A DNA stretch of 64,000 bases from an uncultured Nitrososphaerota archaeon (GTDB lineage: Archaea; Thermoproteota; Nitrososphaeria; Nitrososphaerales; Nitrosopumilaceae): contig OY969559.1 of NCBI GenBank assembly GCA_963701075.1, positions 1,344,001 through 1,408,000 of the forward strand. The letters are read 5' to 3'. Below are positions 9,090 to 20,451 of this stretch, piece after piece. The stretch's first letter is position 1. Each line of letters starts with the position of its first letter. Position numbers and translations under genes: made by a program. The notes beneath the pieces are model-generated. The model saw only the letters and a list, made by a program, of their open reading frames with translations. It searched no databases and was not told where the DNA came from.

Positions 9090-11648
9090 ATGCAGTATTC
9101 TAAAGCAGTAGATGAAATAACTACAACAATGCCTCCTGCCTTGCTTGTTTCTGCTACTTATGATGGTCAGAAAAAAGCTGCCGTTTTAAAATTCTATGAG
9201 CCCATTTCTCAAAAAGTTCTCTTGTGGACAGATAACACTGGACATAAGCCATATTGTTATTCTAAGCTGGAACCTGAAGAATTAAGGTTCCTCTTAGACC
9301 GAAAAGATGTGATAAAACTAGAAAAAACCCAAAAACAAGACTTGCTCAAAGATAAACCAATTAACGTAACAAAGATCATAGTTACAGACCCCTTGGCAAT
9401 AGGTGGTACGCAAACTGACAAGAGTATCAGAAATATCATAGAGACGTGGGAGTCTGACATCAAATATTATGAAAATTATCTGTATGACAATTCACTTATT
9501 GTGGGCAGATACTATGTTATAGAAAATGGCAAACTAAAGGAATTCTCTTATCCGATCCCAGACGAGGTTCAGCTTGCACTAAAGGGGTTGCTATATGACA
9601 AGGTTACAAATACTGGCATAATAGATCAGAAAGAATTTCAAAACAACATAAGTGCGTGGGCAAATCTGCTCAACCAACCCATTCCAAAGATTAGAAGAAT
9701 AAGTTTTGACATAGAGGTAGAGTCGGAGACAGGAAGAATACCTGATCCAAAAATTGCTGAAAAAAAAATAACTGCCATTGGATTTTGTGGTAGTGATGAT
9801 GCCAAACAGGTCTTTGTACTAAAGAGAGCAGACAGAAAATCTGGAACTAATGAATTACCTCATGATGTCAAAATAACCTTCTACGACGAAGACAAAGAAA
9901 GCGATATGATACGGGATGCCTTTGAAATTTTAACAAGCTATCCTTTTGTCATTACGTTCAATGGCGATGACTTTGACATGCCATACATGTACAACAGAGC
10001 AGAGAGGCTCGGGATTGGGTTGAAAGATATTCCTCTCATAATGATGAGAGATTCTGCTACGCTAAAACAAGGCGTCCATATTGATTTGTACCGCGCTTTT
10101 TCCAATCGCTCTTTTCAGATTTATGCGTTCAGCCACAAATACAATGATTTTTCTCTTAACAGCATATCCGAGGGATTACTTGATGAATCAAAACTAGAGT
10201 ATGAGGGGGATCTAAATGATCTTTCCCTGGGTGAACTTGCAAATTATTGCTTTAACGACGCACGACTAACAGAGAAACTAACTAGCTTCAATAATGATCT
10301 GTTGATGGATCTACTTGTAGTCATAACAAGAATAGGCAGAATGCCAATTGATGACATATCAAGAATGGGAGTATCGCAATGGATCCGTAGTTTGTTTTAT
10401 TACGAACATAGAACTCATGGTTTTTTGATTCCTCGAAGAGAAGAATTAGAACAAAAATCTATCACTGCAACTACAGAGGCCATAATTAAAGACAAAAAAT
10501 ATCGTGGAGGTCTGGTGGTGGAACCAAAGGAGGGAATTCACTTTAATGTATTTGTGATGGACTTTGCCAGTCTATATCCCAGCATAATAAAAGTGCGAAA
10601 TCTTTCATATGAAACAGTAAGGTGTATTCATGACGAATGCACGAAAAACATGATCCCTGGAACAACTCATTGGGCATGTACGAAGAAAAATGGTCTTACT
10701 GCAATATTGATTGGTTCGCTACGAGACTTGCGTGTTAATTATTACAAGAGTTTATCAAAAAATCCAGCACTGAGCGAAGATCAAAAGCAACTCTATACTG
10801 TAGTAAGTCAAGCGCTCAAAGTCATACTAAATGCAAGCTATGGCGTAATGGGTGCAGAGATATTTCCTTTATATTGTTTACCAGTAGCAGAGGCCACTAC
10901 TGCAGTTGGTAGGTTTACAATTTTAGAAACAATTGAAAAATGCAAATCAATAGGAATAGAGGTTCTATACGGAGATACTGATTCTTTATTTCTCAAAGGC
11001 CCTACACGCGAACAGATTCAAAAGATAGTGGACTGGGCAAAAGAGGAATTTGGTGTTGACCTTGATTTAGATAAAGAATACCGCTATGTTGTTTTTAGCA
11101 CTAGAAAAAAGAACTATCTAGGAGTTCAGAAGGACGGCAAGGTGGATGTAAAAGGCTTAACGGGTAAGAAATCCCATACCCCTCCATTCATTCGAAAGTT
11201 ATTCTATGAAATACTTGAAATCTTGTCCAAGGTACAATCGGAGAATGAATTCTCACAGTCGAAACAAAAGATTGGAGATATGATATCACAGTATGCCAAG
11301 AATCTAAAAGCAAGACAAATTCCATTAAATGATCTTGCATTTAATGTAATGATAAGCAAGGCTCCTTCTGAATATGTGAAGACAATTCCACAGCATATAC
11401 GTGCAGCTAAACTATTAGAACAGACAAGAGAGATTAAAAAAGGCGATATTATCTCATATGTAAAAATAATAAACAAGCCAGGGGTAAAACCCGTGGAGAT
11501 GGCTCGTCCTGATGAGATTGATTCTGCAAAATACATCGAATTTATGGAAAGTACATTTGATCAGATATTGTCATCCATGGATTTGGATTTTAGTACTCTA
11601 ATTGGAGCACCAAAACAAACAGGCTTAGATCAATTCTTTTGGAACTAG
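9090..11648 (+). CDS. polB: family B DNA polymerase (PolB1)
   Basis: FDIEV exo I, DFASLYPS, KVILNASYG, YGDTDS; PIP box QTGLDQFF. Confidence 0.96.
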   Translation: MQYSKAVDEITTTMPPALLVSATYDGQKKAAVLKFYEPISQKVLLWTDNTGHKPYCYSKLEPEELRFLLDRKDVIKLEKTQKQDLLKDKPINVTKIIVTDPLAIGGTQTDKSIRNIIETWESDIKYYENYLYDNSLIVGRYYVIENGKLKEFSYPIPDEVQLALKGLLYDKVTNTGIIDQKEFQNNISAWANLLNQPIPKIRRISFDIEVESETGRIPDPKIAEKKITAIGFCGSDDAKQVFVLKRADRKSGTNELPHDVKITFYDEDKESDMIRDAFEILTSYPFVITFNGDDFDMPYMYNRAERLGIGLKDIPLIMMRDSATLKQGVHIDLYRAFSNRSFQIYAFSHKYNDFSLNSISEGLLDESKLEYEGDLNDLSLGELANYCFNDARLTEKLTSFNNDLLMDLLVVITRIGRMPIDDISRMGVSQWIRSLFYYEHRTHGFLIPRREELEQKSITATTEAIIKDKKYRGGLVVEPKEGIHFNVFVMDFASLYPSIIKVRNLSYETVRCIHDECTKNMIPGTTHWACTKKNGLTAILIGSLRDLRVNYYKSLSKNPALSEDQKQLYTVVSQALKVILNASYGVMGAEIFPLYCLPVAEATTAVGRFTILETIEKCKSIGIEVLYGDTDSLFLKGPTREQIQKIVDWAKEEFGVDLDLDKEYRYVVFSTRKKNYLGVQKDGKVDVKGLTGKKSHTPPFIRKLFYEILEILSKVQSENEFSQSKQKIGDMISQYAKNLKARQIPLNDLAFNVMISKAPSEYVKTIPQHIRAAKLLEQTREIKKGDIISYVKIINKPGVKPVEMARPDEIDSAKYIEFMESTFDQILSSMDLDFSTLIGAPKQTGLDQFFWN

Positions 11649-11650
11649 AA

Positions 11651-11770
11651 ATGGATTGTCCTAGATGCGACTCTCCAATGGAGATAATGCATCAAAATAA
11701 TATAAAGAATCATGATGGCTCGAAGACTGATTACTATAGATGTCTTTGTTGTAATTATCAGACAAAATGA
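11651..11770 (+). CDS. 39-aa zinc-ribbon microprotein directly after polB, not in ORF track
   Basis: MDCPRCDSPMEIMHQNNIKNHDGSKTDYYRCLCCNYQTK; ATG 2 bp after the polB stop. Confidence 0.65.
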   Translation: MDCPRCDSPMEIMHQNNIKNHDGSKTDYYRCLCCNYQTK

Positions 11771-11861
11771 TTCTTTTCAATTAAACACATGTCTTTATTC
11801 TGCATGTCAAGAACTGTTTTATCATATTGAGGAAAGATTTTGAATGTTGTGAAGAATCTTA

Positions 11862-13112
11862 CTACATCTTGCCAAATTCATCTTCATCAGAATACGCACG
11901 TTCTGCATGCTCTTCAATATCTAAACCGGCTTCTTCCACTTTTGGAGATACACGTATGCCAATCAATATATCCAATACCTTCAGTATTGCAAATGTTCCA
12001 AAGAACCCCATGACACCTGCAACGCCAACACCTATTGATTGAACTAACAACTGGTGTGGATTTCCAAACAATAACCCGTTTGGTCCTGACGGATTTACTA
12101 GTGAACTTGCAAACAATCCTATTGATAAGGAGCCAACTATTCCAGCTACGCCGTGCACCGAACTAACATCAAGTGCATCATCTATCTTTAATCTCTCTTT
12201 AAAGAATAGTACACCTAGATATGATGCTATGCCTACTGCGATTCCTATTACAAAGGCACTATCTACGCCTACATAGCCTGATGCCGGGGTAATTCCTGCT
12301 AGCCCTGCTATGGCACCATTAATTGCGGCAATCACACTTGGCTTTCCTGTTCTCATCCAAGAAAGTCCAACCCATATCAAAGCAGCCACTGCTGATGCTA
12401 CCTGGGTGTTGATTATGGTTATTCCAGATAGTGCCCCCGCACCATATGCACTTCCTGCATTAAAACCAAACCATCCAAGCCACAATAGCGAAGACCCTAG
12501 AACCGCAATCGGTATGCTGTGAGGAATCATGATTGATGATCCATAATTCAATCTCTTGCCCAAAGCTAAAGCTGCTGCAAGAGCACCCATACCTGCACTT
12601 GTGTGAATGACTATTCCTCCAGCAAAATCAACTACACCAATTTGACCTAACCATCCTCCACCCCATATCCAGTGTACCAATGGATAATAGATCAAACCAC
12701 TCCATGCTACAATAAAGAGAATAAACGCACTAAACTTCATTCGTTCTGCTATTGCTCCTGTTAATAACAAGGGAGTAATGACAGCAAACATCATCTGGAA
12801 TTTTGCATACAAGAGCCCTGGAATTGTAGGAGCGTAATGTAGTCCAGTATCTTGTGGGACGTTTCTGAGAAATGCCCAATCTAGGTTACCTGATATTCCT
12901 TCACCCGTGTCAGGCCCAAATGATAAGCTAAATCCGAACGTAAACCACATTATGCTTAAAAGCGCTAATCCAAAAAAGATCTGCATAAAAATAGATACCG
13001 TATTTTTCTTTCGTAACAGCCCAGCTTCAAACATCCCTAATGCAGGGATCATAAGCAATACGAGACTGGATGCAATTAGCATCCATGCTGTATCTCCGGA
13101 GTCGATTGGCAA
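11862..13112 (-). CDS. amt: ammonium transporter
   Basis: DFAGGIVIH, WLGWFGFNAGS, DDALDVSSVHG. Confidence 0.96.
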   Translation of the reverse strand: MPIDSGDTAWMLIASSLVLLMIPALGMFEAGLLRKKNTVSIFMQIFFGLALLSIMWFTFGFSLSFGPDTGEGISGNLDWAFLRNVPQDTGLHYAPTIPGLLYAKFQMMFAVITPLLLTGAIAERMKFSAFILFIVAWSGLIYYPLVHWIWGGGWLGQIGVVDFAGGIVIHTSAGMGALAAALALGKRLNYGSSIMIPHSIPIAVLGSSLLWLGWFGFNAGSAYGAGALSGITIINTQVASAVAALIWVGLSWMRTGKPSVIAAINGAIAGLAGITPASGYVGVDSAFVIGIAVGIASYLGVLFFKERLKIDDALDVSSVHGVAGIVGSLSIGLFASSLVNPSGPNGLLFGNPHQLLVQSIGVGVAGVMGFFGTFAILKVLDILIGIRVSPKVEEAGLDIEEHAERAYSDEDEFGKM

Positions 13113-13229
13113 GATTCATCTATTAAAAAAACAGCAGTATAAAAATTAATTGCTTTTTTTCATCTTAAAAAAAATAGTGAGAATCTTGCACAAGATTTTT
13201 TAATACGCAATAGAATTTTGTTACCATAA

Positions 13230-13559
13230 TTGATAAAAATTGAGATCATCCTGCCAGAAAATGACGTGAGGTCCATTAGCGATGCGCTGAAGAAATTATC
13301 AGTGGGAGGGATTACGGCATACAAAGGATGGGGCAGAGGAAAAACTGTCAGCCCGCAAATCCATGCATCAAAGGGAACTGAGATCTTTACACCAGAATTC
13401 GGTGAGCGATTCATAGTGGAAGTAATAGTTCCAGACGATAAGAAAGATGAAGTGATTGAAATCGCACGCTCAAAAGCAAAACTTGGAAAGATATTCGTTA
13501 CGCAAATTGTCGAGGCATTTGATATTCAAACTGAAAGAAAAGATGAACAGATAATTTAA
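13230..13559 (+). CDS. P-II family nitrogen regulatory protein
   Basis: GWGRGK T-loop start, GKIFV; divergent from amt. Confidence 0.9.
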   Translation: MIKIEIILPENDVRSISDALKKLSVGGITAYKGWGRGKTVSPQIHASKGTEIFTPEFGERFIVEVIVPDDKKDEVIEIARSKAKLGKIFVTQIVEAFDIQTERKDEQII

Positions 13560-13608
13560 AAATTATTTTTTCATAATTGTTATTTATCCCTGACAGTACT
13601 TTCAACAT

Positions 13609-13938
13609 ATGATTAGAATCGAAGCGATAGTAGGACAGGGAGACATTGGAGCAATCAGTAATTCGTTAAAGAAAATTCATGTAGGCGGTATCACAATAAT
13701 GAAAGTTAGAGGACGTGGAAAGAATCTCAATCCGCAAATTCATGCTGCAAAAGGAACTGAAATGTTTACGCCAGAATTTAGTGATAAATTCATCATTCAG
13801 ATAATTGTCATGGAGCAATATGAAAATGACGTAATCAGTATAATCAGAAATAATGCGAAAATAGGCAAAATCTTCGTATCCACAATTAATCGTGCCGTAG
13901 ATATTGCCTCTGGTAATGAGAATGAAAAAGCAATTTAA
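13609..13938 (+). CDS. P-II family nitrogen regulatory protein (tandem paralogue)
   Basis: VRGRGK, GKIFVS...AVDI; similar to the preceding ORF. Confidence 0.9.
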   Translation: MIRIEAIVGQGDIGAISNSLKKIHVGGITIMKVRGRGKNLNPQIHAAKGTEMFTPEFSDKFIIQIIVMEQYENDVISIIRNNAKIGKIFVSTINRAVDIASGNENEKAI

Positions 13939-14090
13939 GTACGAATATCGTCATTAGGGCTCAAGCCATTATATTTGAAAATGAAAACTCATGATGATGA
14001 CGATAACTTGAAGAATGTCTATAGATGGTAAAAAAATATCCGAAGATCACATATGCCTTGACGTAAACTAACCAATATTTTGTTTGTACT

Positions 14091-14897
14091 CTATGAAATC
14101 TTATGTTGCAATCTAGTTCTAAAATAGATAATGGTTGATATCATAGCAATCGTAAGTACCAGCATTGCAATAGCGCCAAATTCTGGTACTATTTGAGTGC
14201 CAATTATTGTTATCTGAGCATTATTTGACCCAAATGGAATAGCAAGAGTTCTGCCATAGGAAGTTGTTCCCGTTTCATTAAATGTGGTTGGTACTCCATC
14301 ATCTTGTACGACAAATGGACTATCCTGCCCATTGTTTTTAGAGTCTATCAAAGATCGTGGCAGTGTGATTGAGATTGTTCCGTTACCAGACGGTTGAATT
14401 CGTATTGCCAAGGATTTTGTATCAGTGTTTGGTATCATGCCTAATACTTTGCCATTTGTTATTTGATATGTTGCATTGTAAGTTTGCCCTTGGATTGTAA
14501 TTGGTACGATTGGCATGATGCCAGTAAACAAGAATGTAGTTTTTGCCGTGTTATCTTTACTTCCATATGTTACATCCACCTCATAAGTGCCAGACGCCGC
14601 CCATAAACTACCACCTGCCGTAACTGTTGTGGAATATGTGTTGTTTGAATTGGAGGATACTTGACCAAGCAGGACTATGTTTTGTGATGGATCTCTGATG
14701 ACTATGGATATTGGAATATTAAGTTGAGTACTTACTGTGCCTGATATAGTCATCTGATCGCCGTCAGAATAGGTTGACTTGTCAGTAGTTACCGCGATTG
14801 AAGCCGAAACAGGATTAGTCTGAGCAAAGGCAGGAATGAAGGTTAATGGTACAATTGACATCATCAACATGATGAAAACAGGATTAATTTTCAACAA
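14091..14897 (-). CDS. PEFG-CTERM surface protein
   Basis: Signal peptide, VTTDKSTY, C-terminal IVPEFG + TM + basic tail. Confidence 0.88.
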   Translation of the reverse strand: MLKINPVFIMLMMSIVPLTFIPAFAQTNPVSASIAVTTDKSTYSDGDQMTISGTVSTQLNIPISIVIRDPSQNIVLLGQVSSNSNNTYSTTVTAGGSLWAASGTYEVDVTYGSKDNTAKTTFLFTGIMPIVPITIQGQTYNATYQITNGKVLGMIPNTDTKSLAIRIQPSGNGTISITLPRSLIDSKNNGQDSPFVVQDDGVPTTFNETGTTSYGRTLAIPFGSNNAQITIIGTQIVPEFGAIAMLVLTIAMISTIIYFRTRLQHKIS

Positions 14898-15059
14898 ATA
14901 ATCGAAGAGTTGTAGTTATTTAAGATTCTCGATTAATTTTACTAGTTAATATGTTGTATTTTAGTCAGTCATCTGTAATGATTGAGTTTTTTAGATCAAT
15001 CCTAAAGAGAATAAACTAAAACTAGAGAATTAACTCTAAAGAAAGAACTGGTTTGAAGT

Positions 15060-15824
15060 CTATCCTTCGGAGGCTGATTTTCCGCCATCCACGTTCATGA
15101 TTACACCTGAAATCCAACTAGCCTCATCTGACGCCAGATACACTGCAGCGTTAGCCACATCAATTGGCTCTCCGATTCTGTTCAGTGGTTGTCTTTCTTC
15201 AAGAACCTTTCTTGCTTCTGGATAGTCAAGATATGGCTTTATCATTCCAGCATTGATTATACCAGGATTTATGCAATTGCAGCGAATGTTTTTTCTTGCA
15301 TATTCAATTGCTATTCCTTTGGTAAACATGTTGATTGCAGCTTTGGTAGTGCAATAAACAGTCAAATGCACTTTCGGGATTGCTCTTTCACTTGATATGG
15401 AACCTATGTTTATGATTGAGCCTCTTTTATTTTCAAGCATCTTAACAAGCACGGATTTTGTTATCATAAAAGTTCCAAAGAGGTTAGTATTCACCAATGA
15501 TACCCAGTCTGATTCTTTCATCTCGTGGAAATGAATTGGATCATTGATTGTTCCTGCGTTGTTAACGAGAATGTCTATCTTACCATAATGCGCATTTATC
15601 TGATCAACTGCCTGAATCACTTGTGATTCGTTTGTGATGTCACATTGGATAGATACCGTATTTGAGGCGTAATCCTTTATTGATGATCTAGCCTTTTCCA
15701 ATTTTTCTCTGTTTCTGCCAATCAGGACAACCTTTGCTCCTTCTTCCACGAATCTTTTTGAGATCTCTAATCCTATTTCACTTGATGCGCCAGTTACTAC
15801 TGCTATCTTATCTTTTAATCTCAT
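15060..15824 (-). CDS. short-chain dehydrogenase/reductase
   Basis: [12 protein letters not shown], YxxxK (YCTTK). Confidence 0.9.
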   Translation of the reverse strand: MRLKDKIAVVTGASSEIGLEISKRFVEEGAKVVLIGRNREKLEKARSSIKDYASNTVSIQCDITNESQVIQAVDQINAHYGKIDILVNNAGTINDPIHFHEMKESDWVSLVNTNLFGTFMITKSVLVKMLENKRGSIINIGSISSERAIPKVHLTVYCTTKAAINMFTKGIAIEYARKNIRCNCINPGIINAGMIKPYLDYPEARKVLEERQPLNRIGEPIDVANAAVYLASDEASWISGVIMNVDGGKSASEG

Positions 15825-15927
15825 ACGATATATTCAAAACTACAGCTTAAAAAAGTCGTCTTTACTTTCCAAACGCAAAGATATAGATCCCACCATAGCC
15901 ATGCCAAAGTCCAATGTACAAAAAACC

Positions 15928-17158
15928 CTATGTTTTCTTGAGTTTTTGAAGCTCTTGAGTAACAAGTGGTAGGAATGCTCCTACATCTGTCACTATGCCC
16001 AATGCTTGCCATGTTCCTCTGTCCATAAGTTTAGTTACTGTCGGCTGGTTGATATCAACTACAATCACCTTGACATTTGCTGGAAGCATATTTCCAGTAG
16101 CGATTGAGTGAAGCATTGTTGCAATCATTATAACCATCTTTGCGTCCTTGAGAATCTCTTTGTATTTTCTCTGTGCTACAGTCATATCAGTAATCACATC
16201 TGGCAACGGACCATCATCACGCAATGATCCTGCCAAAACAAATGGAATGTTGTTCTTTACACATTCATACATTATCCCCCTAGTCAGTGTCTTTTTTTCA
16301 ACCATTTTTGAAATAGAGCCTGCCTTGAAGACCGAATTTATTGCTTGCATGTGATTTCTATGACCACGAATTGCAAGTGTTCCATCTTCAACATTCATTC
16401 CAAGAGATGTACCCAAAGTAGAGTATTCTATATCGTGAACAGCAAGCGCGTTTCCTGCAAGCACTGCATCAATGAACCCCAGTCTGATTAGTGATGCGAT
16501 TGAATCTGATGCCCCAGTATGAACTATGGCAGGACCGCCAACAAAAACTATTTTTCCACCTTGTTTTTTGGTTTTGTAAATATCTTCTGCAACTCTTCGT
16601 GCAATATGTTGAGTTGGTCTTTCACTTGAGCTCCCGCTTCCCATGAATTGAAATAGATTGACTCCTTCTCTTGGTCTCTCAGGAGGTGTAATCCTGATTC
16701 CTTGTTCTCCAACTACTATCATATCACCTTTCTTAATTTCACGGATTGGTGTACAAAAAGTCTCGGTTTGCTTTAACTACTATGCACTTGTCCATCATCA
16801 TGTTTTCAACTCTAATCCATTTTCCTTTGTAGAAAATATCGGTGTGATTATTTGTGGTACTGTAAAAATCATCAGGCATGACCATATCTTTTTGGGTTGC
16901 CTTTAACACCGCATCTTGTTGTATCTTAGAGATTGCACCTTCGCGATATACAGCTTGAAGGATTTGATTAAGATGCTCCTTTGACTTGCCTTGGATGAGA
17001 AGTTTTGCATAACTTTCATCTTTTTTCTTTTTTCCAACTGAAAACTTTTGTACCTGAAACTCCCCTTGCAAATCCATTATTATATCAAAAATTTTAGTAA
17101 GTATCATGGAATCAATGAGATGCCCCTTTACCTCTATGATATGTTGAAATTTTGCCAT
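15928..17158 (-). CDS. TIGR00300-family (LOR/SDH-related, ornithine cyclodeaminase-like) protein split by one +1 insertion near 16761
   Basis: Two ORFs join (..[23 protein letters not shown]..) if base 16761 is removed; [32 protein letters not shown] motifs. Confidence 0.85.
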
Positions 17159-17215
17159 TTAATGAAAATGAGGTAACTGCTAATTTAACGTTTAAGATGG
17201 ATTGTTTGTTACTGA

Positions 17216-18772
17216 TTAGGTAGGCTTTGAAGTTAATACACGATGCGTTCTTTTTTGAAGTCGGATCACGAACATAAAAAACAAGAAGCCAAAAAATAAC
17301 ATGTTTGCAACAAATGTAAAGGGATTGTCAAGGGATTCTTGTAAAGTTCCATAGTGAAGTGGATTTACCCAAGTTGTGCCGGGAGAAAAATAGATTTTTT
17401 CCCAGTATGAAAAGGCAGTAATGGAATGAACAAACATGAAATAAATGACAAAAATAGTCTTGGTTTTCTTGTTCGAAATTTCTTTTACAAACTGCCAGAA
17501 ACCATAAGACGCAATAAAAATGACTGATATCTCAAGTGGAAGTAGATATCTCTCAAGAGAGAAGTCTTTTACGATTGCTAGCGTGAGAGCAAATGCACTT
17601 ACAAACCAAATTAACAATAATGCCTCAGAAGTACAGTCTTTGAATTTACTAATTCGATACATCACATACCCAAATCCAACGAAGAAAAATACTGTCAATG
17701 GTATGCTGGAATAGGTGGGCGGATACGTCCAACCAAAATTACCGCTCAGATTAAGATCAGGGTTGGAAATTTGTTTTTCTATAAAACTTGGAAAAAGAAC
17801 ATAATGAAAAACCGATACTATAGATTTTATCTCAATATTATGAATGGATGGGTATCCAATATACCAAACATCATGATTATAGTTATCCATGTCTGTCTTC
17901 ATGACAGAGATCTCGTTTAGAGGATTCGCATAAAATCCAGGCTCTGCCAAAAATAAGCCCAAAAGTGTCATTGCAAAGAATAAGAAACCCAAGAAACCTG
18001 TTTTGGCAAGACGCTTTTTCTTAAAAGTGGCGCCGTCATTCTTATCAGATAATCCCCTAAATAATATAATTCCAAGAAATAGAACTAAGAAAGTTATGGC
18101 AAGCATCTTTGTATCTAACGCAAAACCAAATGTAATTGCGCTTAAAATCAAATATGTGATTTTTGTCTGTCCATTTTTGAAGGCATGAAGCAAAATTAGT
18201 AGTGATAACATGACAAAGAAGATGTAGTGTACCTCTACCATTATAGTGCGACTATACCATACCCAAAGATCATACGATAAAAAAAGAAGAGCGGCTACAA
18301 TACCGACATATCGATTAAAAAATATTTTTCCCACCATAAATGAAAACATGATGGTCAAAGATCCAAAAATGGGGGAGAGCAAACGCCCATCTGTCATTTC
18401 TTGAATCGATGGGCCTTTGTCATGATTATAACAATCCCAGTAACATGACCAATTGTAAAAATCTCCTTTGTCCTCATTTGCAAGATACATTGGAAATCCA
18501 ATCAGGATGTTTCTAATGGGATTATAAGTAAGTCCAAACGCAGGTATGTGAAATAACAGATTACAGTGATCCAGGGATTCCAAACATGAATTATCAAAGT
18601 TGCCTTTTTTTATCAGATCAAAGTAATTTCCTCCCCATCCGAGATAGGTAATTTCATCTCCATGCCACGGCTGCCCTTCTAGGTTATACGAATAAATGAA
18701 AAAAGAGCCCAAAAATAATGCAAGAGGTATAACATAGTTAGATTTTGCAATTACAAACTGTGTCATCTTCAT
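17216..18772 (-). CDS. GT-C fold membrane glycosyltransferase (PMT/ArnT-like)
   Basis: Multi-TM; HGDE acidic motif after TM1; ERYLLP. Confidence 0.8.
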   Translation of the reverse strand: MKMTQFVIAKSNYVIPLALFLGSFFIYSYNLEGQPWHGDEITYLGWGGNYFDLIKKGNFDNSCLESLDHCNLLFHIPAFGLTYNPIRNILIGFPMYLANEDKGDFYNWSCYWDCYNHDKGPSIQEMTDGRLLSPIFGSLTIMFSFMVGKIFFNRYVGIVAALLFLSYDLWVWYSRTIMVEVHYIFFVMLSLLILLHAFKNGQTKITYLILSAITFGFALDTKMLAITFLVLFLGIILFRGLSDKNDGATFKKKRLAKTGFLGFLFFAMTLLGLFLAEPGFYANPLNEISVMKTDMDNYNHDVWYIGYPSIHNIEIKSIVSVFHYVLFPSFIEKQISNPDLNLSGNFGWTYPPTYSSIPLTVFFFVGFGYVMYRISKFKDCTSEALLLIWFVSAFALTLAIVKDFSLERYLLPLEISVIFIASYGFWQFVKEISNKKTKTIFVIYFMFVHSITAFSYWEKIYFSPGTTWVNPLHYGTLQESLDNPFTFVANMLFFGFLFFMFVIRLQKRTHRVLTSKPT

Positions 18773-18863
18773 AGTTTTATCTCCTCCATACTGATTTCAA
18801 AATCCAAGTATAACTTAAGTACGTTTTTGGCATCACCTAAAACTGTCAGAGGTCAGGTATTGT

Positions 18864-19211
18864 TTAAACTGGTAAGGAGACAGGACCTTTGTACTCTGAT
18901 ATGCTGTCATCTTGCAACATTTTTACAATTGTATCTTTATGTTCTATATTCAATCCCCTCACAATTGCTTTTGAAATACCATTTTTATCACATAGTACTA
19001 CCATGTAACCACTTACATCTGTCAAAACATATCCTCCTGCATCATTTAATATGGCATAAAGATTTTCGTCTCCAACTGGTTCCCACACATTTGATCTGTT
19101 GTCACGAAGAGCCAATGCAGGCATAGCTTGGCCGTTAGAAATTTTGTTCAGATATTCTCTTGCGGTCTTGACCCGTTTTTCACCAATTTTAAGAGCAACA
19201 AAATATTGCAT
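18864..19211 (-). CDS. conserved hypothetical protein
   Basis: 115-aa ORF co-oriented with the HD gene. Confidence 0.7.
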   Translation of the reverse strand: MQYFVALKIGEKRVKTAREYLNKISNGQAMPALALRDNRSNVWEPVGDENLYAILNDAGGYVLTDVSGYMVVLCDKNGISKAIVRGLNIEHKDTIVKMLQDDSISEYKGPVSLPV

Positions 19212-19231
19212 GATATCAATCCACGAACTTG

Positions 19232-19766
19232 TTATTTATAGGATATCTCATCTAAAACTTCTATGAGCTCTTTTGATTTTATTTCATGCCTAGCAGATTC
19301 CACAAATTCTTGAAGTTTCTCTTTTGAAAACCCTTCTCCAGAATATTTTGCTGCTTGTATTGCCATCTCAAGTCTGTCTATTTCATGCAGTAAGACAGAC
19401 TTCTTTCGAGGTACAATCGACATACTCCTTCCACAATGAATGATATTTGTCTAAGAGGTGTGGTGGAAGTTTTGATAAAATCTCTTCCATTGCCTGAGTT
19501 TCCACAGTTTTCTTGTTTTCTTTTTGAATCTCTCCTGGTATAAAATCACCTGTTATGGATTCAGCAAGATCATGGAGTAATGCCATCTTTACTATTCTTT
19601 CAGTATCAAGATTACCAGCATTATCTGAAAATATCATGGCCATAACGGCAGTACCATACGAATGGTCTGCCACAGATTCAGGATCTTTTATCCCTACTTT
19701 TTCTTTCCAGCCTTTCCTTGGTACTTTCTTTAGCTCAGATACAATATAGAAAAAATCAAACAACAT
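19232..19766 (-). CDS. HD-domain hydrolase (YfbR/HDDC2-like) split by one +1 insertion near 19399
   Basis: RKGW, ESVADHS, LLHDLAESITGD; removing base 19399 restores SKEAVLLHEIDRLEM. Confidence 0.85.
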
Positions 19767-19868
19767 GTTCTTTGCATATAATCAAATGCCACACTAGTTT
19801 TAGGTTTTTGTTTAAAAATGACTAGATAGTACGATCAAGATAAAAATGACAAGGCTGACCAATATCTA

Positions 19869-20408
19869 GTGCCAAAAATATATACAAAAACAGGTGATGA
19901 TGGAACCACCGGACTTGTAGGCGGAGGACGAATAAAGAAATCCAGTCAACGCATTATTGCATATGGTACGATAGATGAACTAAATTCAGCCATTGGCATA
20001 CCTCTATCTTCCACATTGGATTCAGACATAGCTGGCCTTCTCACCAAAATACAAAATGATCTTTTTGTAGTAGGCTCAGATCTTGCAAATCCCATCTTGA
20101 GCGATTCATCCAGTAGAGTCACAGATGAAATGGTCATTTATCTTGAGAATCAAATAGACAAACTGGAATCTGACCTTTCCTCGATAACATACTTTATACT
20201 GCCAGGAGGAGATCATATTGCCTCTCAAGTACATCTTGCCAGATCCATTTGCCGAAGAGCTGAAGTGAATATTGTAGAACTTGAAGAAAAAGAACCAATT
20301 AACAAAGCTTGTCAAGTCTATGTTAACAGATTATCAGATCTCCTCTTTGTAATAGCTAGAACAATAAATAAACGAAAAAAGATCAAAGACATTGCTTGGA
20401 AAAAATAA
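19869..20408 (+). CDS. PduO-type ATP:cob(I)alamin adenosyltransferase
   Basis: KIYTKTGDDGTT, GTIDELNS, FILPGG, RRAE, NRLSD. Confidence 0.93.
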   Translation: MPKIYTKTGDDGTTGLVGGGRIKKSSQRIIAYGTIDELNSAIGIPLSSTLDSDIAGLLTKIQNDLFVVGSDLANPILSDSSSRVTDEMVIYLENQIDKLESDLSSITYFILPGGDHIASQVHLARSICRRAEVNIVELEEKEPINKACQVYVNRLSDLLFVIARTINKRKKIKDIAWKK

Positions 20409-20451
20409 GACAGACACACTTTAATTCCCCCAGAATTGGATGATCGAATGT

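Noticed and set aside
13981-14031. 16-aa ORF MKTHDDDDNLKNVYRW
   Set aside because: Too short, with no supporting SD or motif.
16739-16765. Programmed slippage on the T5 run in the TIGR00300 gene
   Set aside because: Removing the base inside AG[T]CT explains it and matches the pattern shared with three other genes.
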